A DNA stretch of 64,000 nucleotides from Minisyncoccota bacterium (GTDB lineage: Bacteria > Patescibacteriota > Minisyncoccia > Phycocordibacterales > PALSA-1337): positions 13,022-77,021 of the forward strand of contig JAQTPC010000003.1 in the NCBI GenBank assembly GCA_028713005.1. Direction: 5' to 3'. The notes below the pieces were generated by a model. That model saw only the letters and a list, made by a program, of their open reading frames with translations. It was not told where the DNA came from and did not search any database. The position numbers and the translations under genes are program-made. Positions 28,461 to 38,344 of this stretch are shown here, piece by piece; the first letter of the stretch is position 1; every line of letters starts with the position of its first letter.

Positions 28461-31400
28461 TTATTTCTTGCCTAAGTAATATAAGAATATCGAGAAATCC
28501 ACCGAATCCACCTTACCGTCCCCGTTCATGTCGACATACTTATTTTTAAACGGTGGTTTTGATTTCCAATAATACAGAAGGATAGAGAAATCAATCGAAC
28601 TCGGTTTACCGTCACAATTAAAGTCTCCCTTTACACATACTCCTGTCGGAGTTGGTGCGGGACTCGATGGAGCTCCCCCACTTGATCCTCCTCCTGAACT
28701 ACCTCCACCGGTACTACCCGACTCTGCAGTAGCAGTGAATGAACGAGAAGCGACTGAACTATCAGTGCCGAAGTATCCAACCACTTTAAAATAATAATTT
28801 CCTGGATTTGGAACCGTTGCCGTTAGTGTCGTATTAAAATCTTCACCGGGATTTATGTATTTTGCTGCAACTCCATTAAAGACATCATCCCCCCCTCCAC
28901 ATGCATTATTACTATTCGATACAACACACCATTCGTACTGATATTCATTTCCTGTGAGACCTTCATTGGTGAGAGTCACGTTCGCTGAGATACTTGGTAC
29001 GGTGGTATCAGTCATTGAATTTACTATGACCTGAAGTGGTGTAGTGACAACCGTCCAATAATCATTGGCACCGACTGTTTTTCCGCTTTCAACGTTTGCC
29101 GAGAATGTCGTTTCCCATGTTCCTGCAGCGGCATTTGAAGCAGTTGTATATGAATATGTATATGTACCAACTGAGACGCGTGTCATAGCGACATTATTTA
29201 CCACTATATTTCTACTTGGATCATAAATCGTGACAGTTGGCGGATTGAGGGAATCAGTTAAGGTGCCGTCGAATACTGTATGTACCGTTGCAAGATAATT
29301 TCCTCCTGCTACCACTGAACCAAAATCAGAAACTGTTGTTGACCACGATGCAGCCGTTGATGAAGTAAGTGTTCTGACTGTCGCATTCCAGATATCTGCA
29401 GTCAAAGTGCCAAATGAAGTAAGTGTTCGTGTGCTATATGACCAAATCGTTGCGGGTAGTGATATTATCGTTGACGCTAAACTGCTTGAGGCATTGTTTG
29501 TATTTGTATTAATCGAAGTGATTGCATTTGATACTTGAGAGTTTGTATTTGCATTCACACCAACATTCCCTGTTGTTATAACAGCAGCAAGTGAGGTTGA
29601 AGCGTTGAGAACTGTTGCGTTCGTACTACTGTTAATCGCAGTTTGCGTATTAGCGATACTACCTGCTGTTGAAGCAGTACCCGCAGCGATATTTGCGGCG
29701 AGAGTAGTCGACGCACTGACAACGTCAGCAGCTGTAGCTAGACTGCCAGTATCGAGAGTTCCATCTGAGAGACGGCGTGTAGCGTATGTCCAGACATCGG
29801 CTGCAGTGAGCGACCCTCCTCCACTGGTGAGTGTTCGAGTACCGTTATTCCAGACGTCTGCTGCCAATGTACCAAATGTAGTCAATGAACGAGAAGCTGA
29901 TGACCAGACCGCAGTGGCAATTGTTGATGCTAATGATGTTGAAGCAGTGAGAACTGTAGCGTTCGTATTAGTATTGATTGTTGAAATTGCTGAAGATATC
30001 TGACTATTTGTATTCGCATTCACATCAGTTGTAACTTTGGTGATCGAAGTACCGAGTGACGTAGAGGCGCTCAGCACATTTGAGTTCGTTGTTGTTAGAT
30101 TTGTTCCAACGGTAGCCAGTGTTGTACCAATCGAACTCGACGCACTACTCAACTGACTACTAAGCGCAGCAATATCTGACCAAACGATCGTATCAGTCTT
30201 TGTCTTCACGCCGGTGACATCAGACCAGTTGATGGTATCTGTTTTAGTCTTGATTCCAGTAACATCCGCCCACGCAATCGTATCTGTTTTAGCCTTAATT
30301 TGTCCTGATGAAGTAACAAGTCCCGTTACGTCACTCCATGCAATTGAATCAGTCTTTGTTTTGATTGCAGAAATGTTTCCAGTACCAATCTCGGTAATGA
30401 GAGTAGCTACATTGTTTTTAACCGTCGTTACGTCTGTCCAATCAATCGTATCTGACTTTGCTTTAACTGCGAGCACAAGTGCTGACAATGTTGATGAAGC
30501 ACTATTGGTATTTGCATTAATCGAAGAAACAGCAGATGTCACATCAGACTGAACTGCAAGTGAACCAGAACTTAGAGTAGCGCCAGTGAGGGTTCTGGTT
30601 GCACTACCCCAGACATCTGATGCAAGTGTTCCAAAGGTGGTGAGTGATCGTGTACCAGCTGACCACACGGCTGTTGCAACGTCAGACGTCAAAGTTCCGA
30701 AACTGGTAAGTGTTCGTCCAGTAAAATTCCAGATAAGTGATGGTAGCGATGCTGCGAGTGACGTCGAAGCATTTAGGATGGAGCTATTTGTATTTGCATT
30801 CACGCCAGCATTACCTGTGGTAATCGCAGCGGCCAATGAAGTACTCGCAGAAAGAACTGAAGAGTTTGTATTATTGTTAATCACTGTCTGTGCTCCAGTG
30901 ATATTACCTGCAGTAGCAGCAGTGCCCGCACTAACAGCCGAAGCAATCGAACTCGACGCACTGCTCAACTGACTACTGAGTGCAGCAATATCAGTCCAGG
31001 TGATCGTATCAGTCTTGGTCTTGATACCTGTCACGTTAGTCCAATCGATGGTATCTGTCTTGGTTTTGATGCCTGTCACATCAGCCCATGCGATGGTGTC
31101 TGTCTTTGCTTTGATGAGGCCGTTTGAGGTGACGAGACCGGTGACGTCAGACCAGATGATACTGTCTGTCTTTGTTTTAATAGCTGAAATGTTTCCTGTA
31201 CCGATTTCCGTAATGAGGGTAGCTACGTTGTTTTTGACGGTGGTGACATCAGACCAGTTGATTGAGTCTGTTTGTGTTTTGATGGCAAGTACTACCCCAC
31301 CCAAACTGGTTGAGGCAATGTTTGTGTTGCTGTTGATGGCAGTGATAGCTGCGGCGACTTGGACGTTCGTGTTGCTGTTGATACCTGCAATTGAGGTGCC

Positions 31401-32624
31401 GAGAGATGTTGATGCACTGACAACATCAGCAGCAGTAGCTAGACTGCCAGTATCGAGAGTTCCATCTGAAAGACGACGTGTACCATATGTCCATACATCA
31501 GCTGCGGTAAGTGTACCCCCTCCTGAAGTGAGTGTACGGGTGCCATTGTTCCAGATATCAGCCGCTAATGTGCCGAATGTAGTCAATGAACGAGAAGCGG
31601 AAGACCATACTGCAGAAGCAATTGTCGATGCAAGTGACGTTGAGGCATTTAAGACAGTAGCATTTGTATTTGCATTCACACCAGCATTCCCCGCTGTAAC
31701 TGCAGCTGCTAATGAAGTACTCGCAGAAAGTACTGCTGAGTTAGTGTTGCTATTGATTGCAGATTGAGCAGCACTAATATTTCCTGCTGTTGAAACAGTA
31801 CCCGCAGTAATACTTGTAGCAAGAGAAGATGAAGCGTTCGTTACATCAGATTGCGTAGCAAGCGATCCTGATGACAATGTGGCATCAGTTAAGTTACGAG
31901 TACCGTATGTCCATACGTCGGCTGCTGTAAGAGACCCTCCCCCTGAAGTGAGCGTGCGAGTACCATTTGCCCAAATATCAGCTACGAGTGTTCCAAAGGT
32001 GGTGAGTGATCGTGTTGGTGAAGCCCAGACAGCAGCTGGTAATGTTGAATAAAGCGAAGATGATGCGTTATTGATATCTTGCTGTGTAGCAAGTGATCCT
32101 GAAGTCAAACCTGCACCCGTCAGTGTTCGTGTTGAATTGTTCCAGACGTCTGCAACAAGTGTACCTACGGAGGTAAGTGTACGAGTGGCATTATTCCAAA
32201 CTGATGTAGCAAGAGTACTACTTGAAACAACTGTTGCACCGACTGAAAACGTTTTATCCATCTTCACCAAATCCCCTGTTGACACACTTCCACATGTCAT
32301 ACTCGCTGGCCATACACCTTCGGGACCAGAGGATGGTATCGAATAGCTATAGTGCGTCCAACCGTTTGCATCTGCTGTCATGGACGCGGCATTTACCAGT
32401 AATGTGCCACTCGGGTTATAAACAGACAAAACACAACCCGCGGTAGTCGTGGCCACAAAATTGTCATCATACACAAACTCACCGATAACTGCCGTATCCC
32501 CACTTGCATAACGTTCATATGCAGCGTGAACAACAAAAAAACCGTATCCTAATGCGAATGTAAGAAAAAACGCGAATAAAGATACTTTACCTAGCCTATT
32601 GGGTAGTAGTGTACGAACTGGCAT
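28461..32624 (-). CDS. Large secreted repeat (fibre-like) protein with C-terminal dockerin-like domain
   Basis: Sec signal; ~16 (V/I)WxxxTRxLT and ~10 IKxKTDxIxWxDV repeats; Gly/Pro linker; GDFNCDG..DFS / DMNGDGKVDSVDFS duplicated Ca loops. Confidence 0.85.
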   Translation of the reverse strand: MPVRTLLPNRLGKVSLFAFFLTFALGYGFFVVHAAYERYASGDTAVIGEFVYDDNFVATTTAGCVLSVYNPSGTLLVNAASMTADANGWTHYSYSIPSSGPEGVWPASMTCGSVSTGDLVKMDKTFSVGATVVSSSTLATSVWNNATRTLTSVGTLVADVWNNSTRTLTGAGLTSGSLATQQDINNASSSLYSTLPAAVWASPTRSLTTFGTLVADIWANGTRTLTSGGGSLTAADVWTYGTRNLTDATLSSGSLATQSDVTNASSSLATSITAGTVSTAGNISAAQSAINSNTNSAVLSASTSLAAAVTAGNAGVNANTNATVLNASTSLASTIASAVWSSASRSLTTFGTLAADIWNNGTRTLTSGGGTLTAADVWTYGTRRLSDGTLDTGSLATAADVVSASTSLGTSIAGINSNTNVQVAAAITAINSNTNIASTSLGGVVLAIKTQTDSINWSDVTTVKNNVATLITEIGTGNISAIKTKTDSIIWSDVTGLVTSNGLIKAKTDTIAWADVTGIKTKTDTIDWTNVTGIKTKTDTITWTDIAALSSQLSSASSSIASAVSAGTAATAGNITGAQTVINNNTNSSVLSASTSLAAAITTGNAGVNANTNSSILNASTSLAASLPSLIWNFTGRTLTSFGTLTSDVATAVWSAGTRSLTTFGTLASDVWGSATRTLTGATLSSGSLAVQSDVTSAVSSINANTNSASSTLSALVLAVKAKSDTIDWTDVTTVKNNVATLITEIGTGNISAIKTKTDSIAWSDVTGLVTSSGQIKAKTDTIAWADVTGIKTKTDTINWSDVTGVKTKTDTIVWSDIAALSSQLSSASSSIGTTLATVGTNLTTTNSNVLSASTSLGTSITKVTTDVNANTNSQISSAISTINTNTNATVLTASTSLASTIATAVWSSASRSLTTFGTLAADVWNNGTRTLTSGGGSLTAADVWTYATRRLSDGTLDTGSLATAADVVSASTTLAANIAAGTASTAGSIANTQTAINSSTNATVLNASTSLAAVITTGNVGVNANTNSQVSNAITSINTNTNNASSSLASTIISLPATIWSYSTRTLTSFGTLTADIWNATVRTLTSSTAASWSTTVSDFGSVVAGGNYLATVHTVFDGTLTDSLNPPTVTIYDPSRNIVVNNVAMTRVSVGTYTYSYTTASNAAAGTWETTFSANVESGKTVGANDYWTVVTTPLQVIVNSMTDTTVPSISANVTLTNEGLTGNEYQYEWCVVSNSNNACGGGDDVFNGVAAKYINPGEDFNTTLTATVPNPGNYYFKVVGYFGTDSSVASRSFTATAESGSTGGGSSGGGSSGGAPSSPAPTPTGVCVKGDFNCDGKPSSIDFSILLYYWKSKPPFKNKYVDMNGDGKVDSVDFSIFLYYLGKK

Positions 32625-32666
32625 TTATTTATAGCAGAAAAGAACAACCGGACTTACAAACATGAA

Positions 32667-32840
32667 CTATGACTTCTTCTTTGTATCCTCAGTAGGATTT
32701 GTCTTGTCGCTAAAACCACCACGAATATGACGAATTGCATCTCCGATGCCGCGTGCAAGTTCAGGAATCTTCTTTGCACCAAAAAGAAGGACGATAATGA
32801 CTGCAATGATGATTATTTCCTTTGTTCCAATATCAAACAT
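32667..32840 (-). CDS. tatA: Twin-arginine translocase TatA
   Basis: Not in ORF track (57 aa): MFDIGTKEIIIIAVIIVLLFGAKKIPELARGIG...; overlaps tatC stop. Confidence 0.93.
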   Translation of the reverse strand: MFDIGTKEIIIIAVIIVLLFGAKKIPELARGIGDAIRHIRGGFSDKTNPTEDTKKKS

Positions 32841-33552
32841 GTTTTTTAATATTACGATTTATAAAGATTGATCCTTCATATAGAAGTATCAAAGGTAGTG
32901 ACATTACCATCAATGATAAGCCATCAGTTGGTGGAAGTAAAGATACCAATATCACCACAATTACATAGGCGACACGGCGTTTTTCCTTTAAAAAGGTTAC
33001 GTCCATAGCACCTAAGCGCATGAGGATTGTAAGAACGAGTGGCATCTGGAAAATGAAGCCTAAAAGGAGTGCGGTCATGTATGTCTGAGAAACAAATAAG
33101 CCAATATCCCATATATTTTGTAAGCCGATACTCTGCCCAAATACTGAAAGCAAGCTAAACGAGTAATACAAAATGAAAAAAGCATATGCAAAACCCAACA
33201 TAAACAACAATACACTCACTGGCACATACATAAGGAGCTTTCGTTTTTCTTTTTGAGAAAGTGCCTTAGATGAAAAAGCGAAGAAATGATACAACAACAC
33301 AGGAATTGAAATAGAAAATGCACAAAAAAGACCGATGTCCATTGAAAGATTCGCGAGCTGAAATGGTGACGTTGCTGCAACAACAACATTATTCATTTTG
33401 AATATACGCAACAACAATCTCAGGATCGGACCAGAACATGAAAAGCCGACGAAAAACGTTACCGCAAAAATAATCGTAGTTTTATACAGGCGTATTCGTA
33501 TATCTTCGAGGTACGGAGTGAATTTCGAGACAAGTTCTTTGATACGTTCCAT
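32833..33552 (-). CDS. tatC: Twin-arginine translocase TatC
   Basis: YLEDIRIRL, F....L...EK, FQMPL, RR.AY, PPTD, PL.LLYE; 6 TM helices. Confidence 0.9.
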   Translation of the reverse strand: MERIKELVSKFTPYLEDIRIRLYKTTIIFAVTFFVGFSCSGPILRLLLRIFKMNNVVVAATSPFQLANLSMDIGLFCAFSISIPVLLYHFFAFSSKALSQKEKRKLLMYVPVSVLLFMLGFAYAFFILYYSFSLLSVFGQSIGLQNIWDIGLFVSQTYMTALLLGFIFQMPLVLTILMRLGAMDVTFLKEKRRVAYVIVVILVSLLPPTDGLSLMVMSLPLILLYEGSIFINRNIKKHV

Positions 33553-33570
33553 GTGCTGAATAGTACACCA

Positions 33571-33756
33571 CTATTCGGACATAATGAAGATATTGCCACC
33601 TCCTCCACCAGTTATAAGCGGTGTTTCCATCAAGAGATACTGGGCACCACTAGATTCAACTAAAATATCAAGAGCGGGATTAGATATTCCCGTAGGCACT
33701 TCGAGGGTAAAGTCCTGCCCGTCCCCTTCTTGAAAATTAATGTCTGTTAACGCCAT
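33571..33756 (-). CDS. Small hypothetical protein (61 aa)
   Basis: Tightly packed in operon, 3-nt gap to upstream gene. Confidence 0.6.
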   Translation of the reverse strand: MALTDINFQEGDGQDFTLEVPTGISNPALDILVESSGAQYLLMETPLITGGGGGNIFIMSE

Positions 33757-33759
33757 ATA

Positions 33760-34587
33760 TTATAAACCTAGTTTTCTGCCGATTTGTTTCTTTGCAAATG
33801 CAATCACTGGATTTTTACTTGAAAGCGCCTGAACACCATCATTCAATATTTCTGGTGTTGTTGTTGATGCGTCAGTATTGATAACAGGAACAGTGCTTGA
33901 TGCGGTATCGATAACATCTTGTGTTGATGATGACACGACAGGGTCAACTATTACGTCAGGTGTCGTTGAACTGGTATCAGTATCGAGATCAGGAACATCA
34001 AGGGTCGTGGTTGCATTAGTTGATGTTGCAGTATCATTTGGAATATCAAATGCAGGTGTCGTTGTTGAAAATGGTGATGTTGAGGTAGAGACTGATGTAT
34101 CGACATTTGTTGCAGGAGTTGTGGTTGAAAAAGTACTTTGAGGAGTAGATGTGGCAGTGTTTGTATCGATAACATTCTCAGTTGGTGTAACCTGCTGAGG
34201 AACAACAACCTTTTGTTCTACAGGAACATCAACTTGATCTTTCCTCAACTCCCTCTTTCCAGGACCACCGCGTCTTTTTATAACTCTACCGACAAATTTT
34301 GCTGCAGGCTTTTTGCCATCCATCAACTTTCTATTATTAATCACTTCATCATGTGGCACATTCGCAAGAAGTGCGGCAACCTGATCTTCAGTTAATTCTT
34401 CTGTTTGACCATATATCGGACCACCAAATACAACATACTGTGCTTGATACATGCATGTCGGAATATTTGGGTCTGCGCCCTCAACATAACATTCGATGAG
34501 GTCGGTCTCATTGTAATCCCCTGTTGGTACAGCGGCACGAATCTTTGAATCATCCTTGAGTTGTTGATCTTGTTCGATGTGTATCAT
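33760..34587 (-). CDS. Hypothetical protein with Thr/Ser/Asp-rich low-complexity C-terminal half
   Basis: 275 aa; STTTP repeats; 4-nt gap to upstream gene. Confidence 0.7.
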   Translation of the reverse strand: MIHIEQDQQLKDDSKIRAAVPTGDYNETDLIECYVEGADPNIPTCMYQAQYVVFGGPIYGQTEELTEDQVAALLANVPHDEVINNRKLMDGKKPAAKFVGRVIKRRGGPGKRELRKDQVDVPVEQKVVVPQQVTPTENVIDTNTATSTPQSTFSTTTPATNVDTSVSTSTSPFSTTTPAFDIPNDTATSTNATTTLDVPDLDTDTSSTTPDVIVDPVVSSSTQDVIDTASSTVPVINTDASTTTPEILNDGVQALSSKNPVIAFAKKQIGRKLGL

Positions 34588-34591
34588 GGGA

Positions 34592-36745
34592 TTAATTTTG
34601 TGTTAACAATGCACGAACTTTTATATTGTCACCGAGTGTTGTTGGTGTGTAACGAATATAGGTCGTCTCATTTGCCTTATCAGATGTATCGTACGCACCA
34701 TATGAACTACCGTCATTTGTTGATTTTGTCCACGTGCCAGATGCTGACGATGTAGTTGTATCATCGAGCAACAATCCTCCGGTAACCGCATTATAAAGAC
34801 GTATACGCATGGTTGGTACCGTACCACCAAAAGCAGTCGAGAATCTCCATGCGAAGTATTTACTTGCTGCACTCGATTGGGTCACTGATGGTTGGTAGTG
34901 GGAGTCAGTACCCAAATCTTCATAAATGACACCTGTAGCACAAATTCTTGCTGGCAGACCAAGTGTTCCAATCGTACGAAACTCTATCATCAACTGTATA
35001 CTTGTTGAACCATCAATTGAAGCTGTTCCTGTACTATCGAGCAATGTCCACGAGCCCGAATCATCCGTTATACCTGCGGTACGGTAATACATACGATATG
35101 GTTCTGTATTGAGACCAAGATTTTTACCTGTTGCACCACCAACAACCTGTACTTCTTGAGTGAAAAATTGAGTAAATTTTGAAACTTCTGGCGTAGATAT
35201 AGCTGGTAGAACTAGGCGCGAATCAGTGATTGATGCATATTCCCAATCAGCACTCAATGGCAAAGCATACAAGCGGTTTGTCGATGATGTTGTACCCATA
35301 GTTGCAACATAACAAAGCCCCCCTTCTGACCAGATCGAATACGCACCACCTGTCTGAGATGCAATCGGCGTTGATGTGGCATCAGCGTTTGAAAGATCAA
35401 GCTGAAACGTGTTAACTCCCCATATTCTATCAAGTTGACCCGCATCAGTACGAAACTGTGTTACGTAGTTACGTTGCGTAGCACCCGTGGCAATTATAAA
35501 TTTATCGATTGCCGCCGCAAATTCAATTGAACCCATAGCACCTGAAGCAGCAAATGTATTGACACCCCCTGGTGGAACTTCAGTCATGACATATCCTGAT
35601 GATAACCATGTTGTTGAACCGCTTGTAATATTTGATGTAAGCGCTGCATACACACGTGAAGCAGTCGTAAAATACAATGCTTCTTGACCAGAATATGGAC
35701 CGTGATTAGTAGTTGCCATACGTCCATTATTTAACTGTGTTGGAGCACCAGTGATAACACCACCTGAACCTGTCTTATACTGTATACCGTTTGCAGTATC
35801 TTTTCCGGCAGTGAGTGTAAGTGCGGCGCGTATGTTGTATTTGAACACAACTGGGTTTGCGAGTGTATCGAGCACGTACACCATATGTGAAGTCGGACTT
35901 GTTCGTGTCGACACAGCAAGACCGAAACTAACGGTGTTAGTAACTGTCGATGCATCGGCGAGCCAATAACATGCACGAATATTATCAACCGTTGTAGCAG
36001 CCGGGACTGTACCACCAACGTTTGAGAATGCATTGAAATTCAGTCCTTTGACTACATACAAACCACCGTTTGTTGCTGTGGCATTTGTCGTTGCCATAAT
36101 GCAACGCAAATCTTCTATGACATATGCGGTACCACCGGCAATTGTTCCGGCGGTAGTAGTAAGAGTAATTGAGGTATCAGAACCAATAGCAGATATTTCA
36201 TACCATGTCGTTATTTGTGTTGGATCTGTCGAACCAAAACCGATACGATTACCTACACAGACTTTATTTGTACTAAACAACGTACTTGTTCCCGACACAG
36301 CTGTACCAGAAACTGAAACTGTTCCAGTAATTTCCAAATCATATGCCATACGAAAACCACGAATGGTATACGCGGTGGCAGTCGGAAATGTGACTGTTAC
36401 AAAACCTTGCCAATTCCACACTGCACTCCTGCGATTAAATGTATATGCATTGATACGACGAGTTGCGGCTGCGGTAGAAAGGTCAGCAAGAAATATCCAG
36501 TCCAACTCCCCTGCTGCGTTGTTTTGCCACTGCATAGCCCACGGAAACTGAGAAGCAATGGTTGTTGTCTGCTCCATTGGACGAGCAACTGTTGTTGGAA
36601 CTGGGCCTGCATAACCCGCTTCACCTGAACCAGACTGTTGATATATCAAGTTTCCAAGACCAAGCTTGGTCGAATCATACGAATCAACACCATATCTATA
36701 TGTTGATTGTGAACCCAATCGTTGTATTACTGCTCGTGTTGCCAT
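34592..36745 (-). CDS. Phage tail-fibre-like beta-rich protein
   Basis: TGTVSVSGTAVSGTSTLF...YEISAIGSDTSITL resembles tail-fibre modules; Thr/Gly rich; no signal peptide. Confidence 0.65.
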   Translation of the reverse strand: MATRAVIQRLGSQSTYRYGVDSYDSTKLGLGNLIYQQSGSGEAGYAGPVPTTVARPMEQTTTIASQFPWAMQWQNNAAGELDWIFLADLSTAAATRRINAYTFNRRSAVWNWQGFVTVTFPTATAYTIRGFRMAYDLEITGTVSVSGTAVSGTSTLFSTNKVCVGNRIGFGSTDPTQITTWYEISAIGSDTSITLTTTAGTIAGGTAYVIEDLRCIMATTNATATNGGLYVVKGLNFNAFSNVGGTVPAATTVDNIRACYWLADASTVTNTVSFGLAVSTRTSPTSHMVYVLDTLANPVVFKYNIRAALTLTAGKDTANGIQYKTGSGGVITGAPTQLNNGRMATTNHGPYSGQEALYFTTASRVYAALTSNITSGSTTWLSSGYVMTEVPPGGVNTFAASGAMGSIEFAAAIDKFIIATGATQRNYVTQFRTDAGQLDRIWGVNTFQLDLSNADATSTPIASQTGGAYSIWSEGGLCYVATMGTTSSTNRLYALPLSADWEYASITDSRLVLPAISTPEVSKFTQFFTQEVQVVGGATGKNLGLNTEPYRMYYRTAGITDDSGSWTLLDSTGTASIDGSTSIQLMIEFRTIGTLGLPARICATGVIYEDLGTDSHYQPSVTQSSAASKYFAWRFSTAFGGTVPTMRIRLYNAVTGGLLLDDTTTSSASGTWTKSTNDGSSYGAYDTSDKANETTYIRYTPTTLGDNIKVRALLTQN

Positions 36746-36754
36746 ATATGATGA

Positions 36755-37396
36755 TTAGACTTCCAAATAATCGATGTTAATTTGCACTGTAGTAGTACCC
36801 GATATAACACAGTATAACACCTCGTCGATACCACCCTCAATATAATTTGGGTGATTGTTTGCACCATACAGTCCACCAGCCTTTGGTGACACATATTTTT
36901 CATGATCTGTTCCTCCACTCGTAAATCTGAAGGATACTGATGCAGCATCTGCTGTCAACGAGAAACGTGAAGCGTACACACGAATCTTCTTTCCTGAAGC
37001 CGGAGTTCTTACAGTACCTGATGCGGAAAGTGAGATAGTGAGTTTTGTAACACCTTGACCTGCAATAAGAGACGAGAGCGTATCTTCAGTAGCAGGATTT
37101 ATGCGAGTATTACTTGAATTTTTGACACCCACAACACTTGAAGAAGGTGTACTACCCATCACCAAAGCCTCTGATTTCTTTGGGAGAATCTGCGATGCTA
37201 CAAGTCCGGCACCAGCAATGCCCAAGGCTTTGAGAAATACTCTTTTATTATCATCCGTGACTGCCGAAGCCTGATTTGTGTTATTTTTTGCAGAAGAAAA
37301 AGTGCCCTGTTTATGTTCAACAGACGTTTGCGTCTTTTCTATGGTTTCATTTTGAATGAATCGAAAAGAATGTTTGTTAGCAAGCATAAAAAGCAA
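36755..37396 (-). CDS. Putative Tat-exported protein
   Basis: NKRVFLK-ALGIAGAGLVASQIL-PKKSEA Tat-like signal; same operon as tatC/tatA. Confidence 0.7.
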   Translation of the reverse strand: MLFMLANKHSFRFIQNETIEKTQTSVEHKQGTFSSAKNNTNQASAVTDDNKRVFLKALGIAGAGLVASQILPKKSEALVMGSTPSSSVVGVKNSSNTRINPATEDTLSSLIAGQGVTKLTISLSASGTVRTPASGKKIRVYASRFSLTADAASVSFRFTSGGTDHEKYVSPKAGGLYGANNHPNYIEGGIDEVLYCVISGTTTVQINIDYLEV

Positions 37397-37454
37397 TGGG
37401 TATTTGCTACAATTATCGTTTATTTACCTTGAGCGTGCAAGGTATAGCTCCCTA

Positions 37455-38312
37455 TTATGAACTTCTTAGTGACTTAAACTGGTTCTGGGCACATTTTTTG
37501 CAACAAAGAACCTTTCTCGAGGGACGGACTGAATCATCAGAATAATAATTTTCAGTTTGGGATTTACAAAATGCGCATGTTCCTACGACGATCTTATCTG
37601 GAGTCGGAACTACATCTGTCGTCATGCGGTTATCGAATACGAAGAGCGTTCCTTTGAAATTGCTACCCGGATACTCCTTCATATAGGTATGTATGCCATC
37701 CTTGAGTTGGTAGATATCGGTAAAGCCCTCCCTCTTGAGCAGACATGTGGCTTTCTCGCAGCGTATGCCGCCAGTGCAGACAGTCACCACTTTTTTATTT
37801 TTGAGCTTGGCGAGCTTTTTAATTTTATTCGGCAGGTCGCGAAAGTTCTTGAGCCCCGGATCGATAGTGCGCTCAAATTTTCCACTTGCTATCTCATAGT
37901 CATTACGTAGATCGAGAACGATAAAATCTTTATTTTCTTTGTACCATTTCTCGAGCTCTTTGGCTGGCAGTTGTGTAGCTGTCTCCCTCTTCACATTGAA
38001 CTTCCCTGCACCGAGAGTAACGATCTCATCACGTACTTTGACTGCGAGACGAGGAAAAGCAGAACCAGTACCAACACTTTCTTTGATAACAACTTTTTTG
38101 AATAGAGGATCACGTTTAAGAAAACGTTTATATTTATCTGTATTTTCTGTAGTTCCTTCGAAGGTAGCGTTGACCCCCTCTTCCCCAACGATCATGCGGC
38201 CCTTGAGACCAAGAGCTTGGCACTTGGTACGATGAAGTTCTGCGAACTTCACCGGGTTGCGGATACGCGTAAAGGTATAAAAAAGGAGGATGGTATATGC
38301 AGACTTAGTCAT
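37455..38312 (-). CDS. trhO: Rhodanese-domain tRNA U34 hydroxylase (UPF0176)
   Basis: LKGRM..EGVN, DLRNDYE..G.F, CTGGIRCEK, FVFDNR. Confidence 0.88.
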   Translation of the reverse strand: MTKSAYTILLFYTFTRIRNPVKFAELHRTKCQALGLKGRMIVGEEGVNATFEGTTENTDKYKRFLKRDPLFKKVVIKESVGTGSAFPRLAVKVRDEIVTLGAGKFNVKRETATQLPAKELEKWYKENKDFIVLDLRNDYEIASGKFERTIDPGLKNFRDLPNKIKKLAKLKNKKVVTVCTGGIRCEKATCLLKREGFTDIYQLKDGIHTYMKEYPGSNFKGTLFVFDNRMTTDVVPTPDKIVVGTCAFCKSQTENYYSDDSVRPSRKVLCCKKCAQNQFKSLRSS

Positions 38313-38344
38313 GACAGTAATATACACGGAATCACCCTTCTATA

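Noticed and set aside
31000-31767. Long antisense ORFs (e.g. 255 aa here; also 47602-48168, 36033-36551)
   Set aside because: Mirror-frame shadows of well-supported opposite-strand genes
29400-32200. CRISPR array or non-coding tandem repeats
   Set aside because: Repeats are in-frame coding duplications with synonymous divergence; no repeat-spacer pattern or cas genes
28461-36745. Prophage tail region or contractile injection system
   Set aside because: No capsid, terminase, sheath, tube, baseplate or integrase recognised; signal peptides and TM anchors indicate cellular surface proteins
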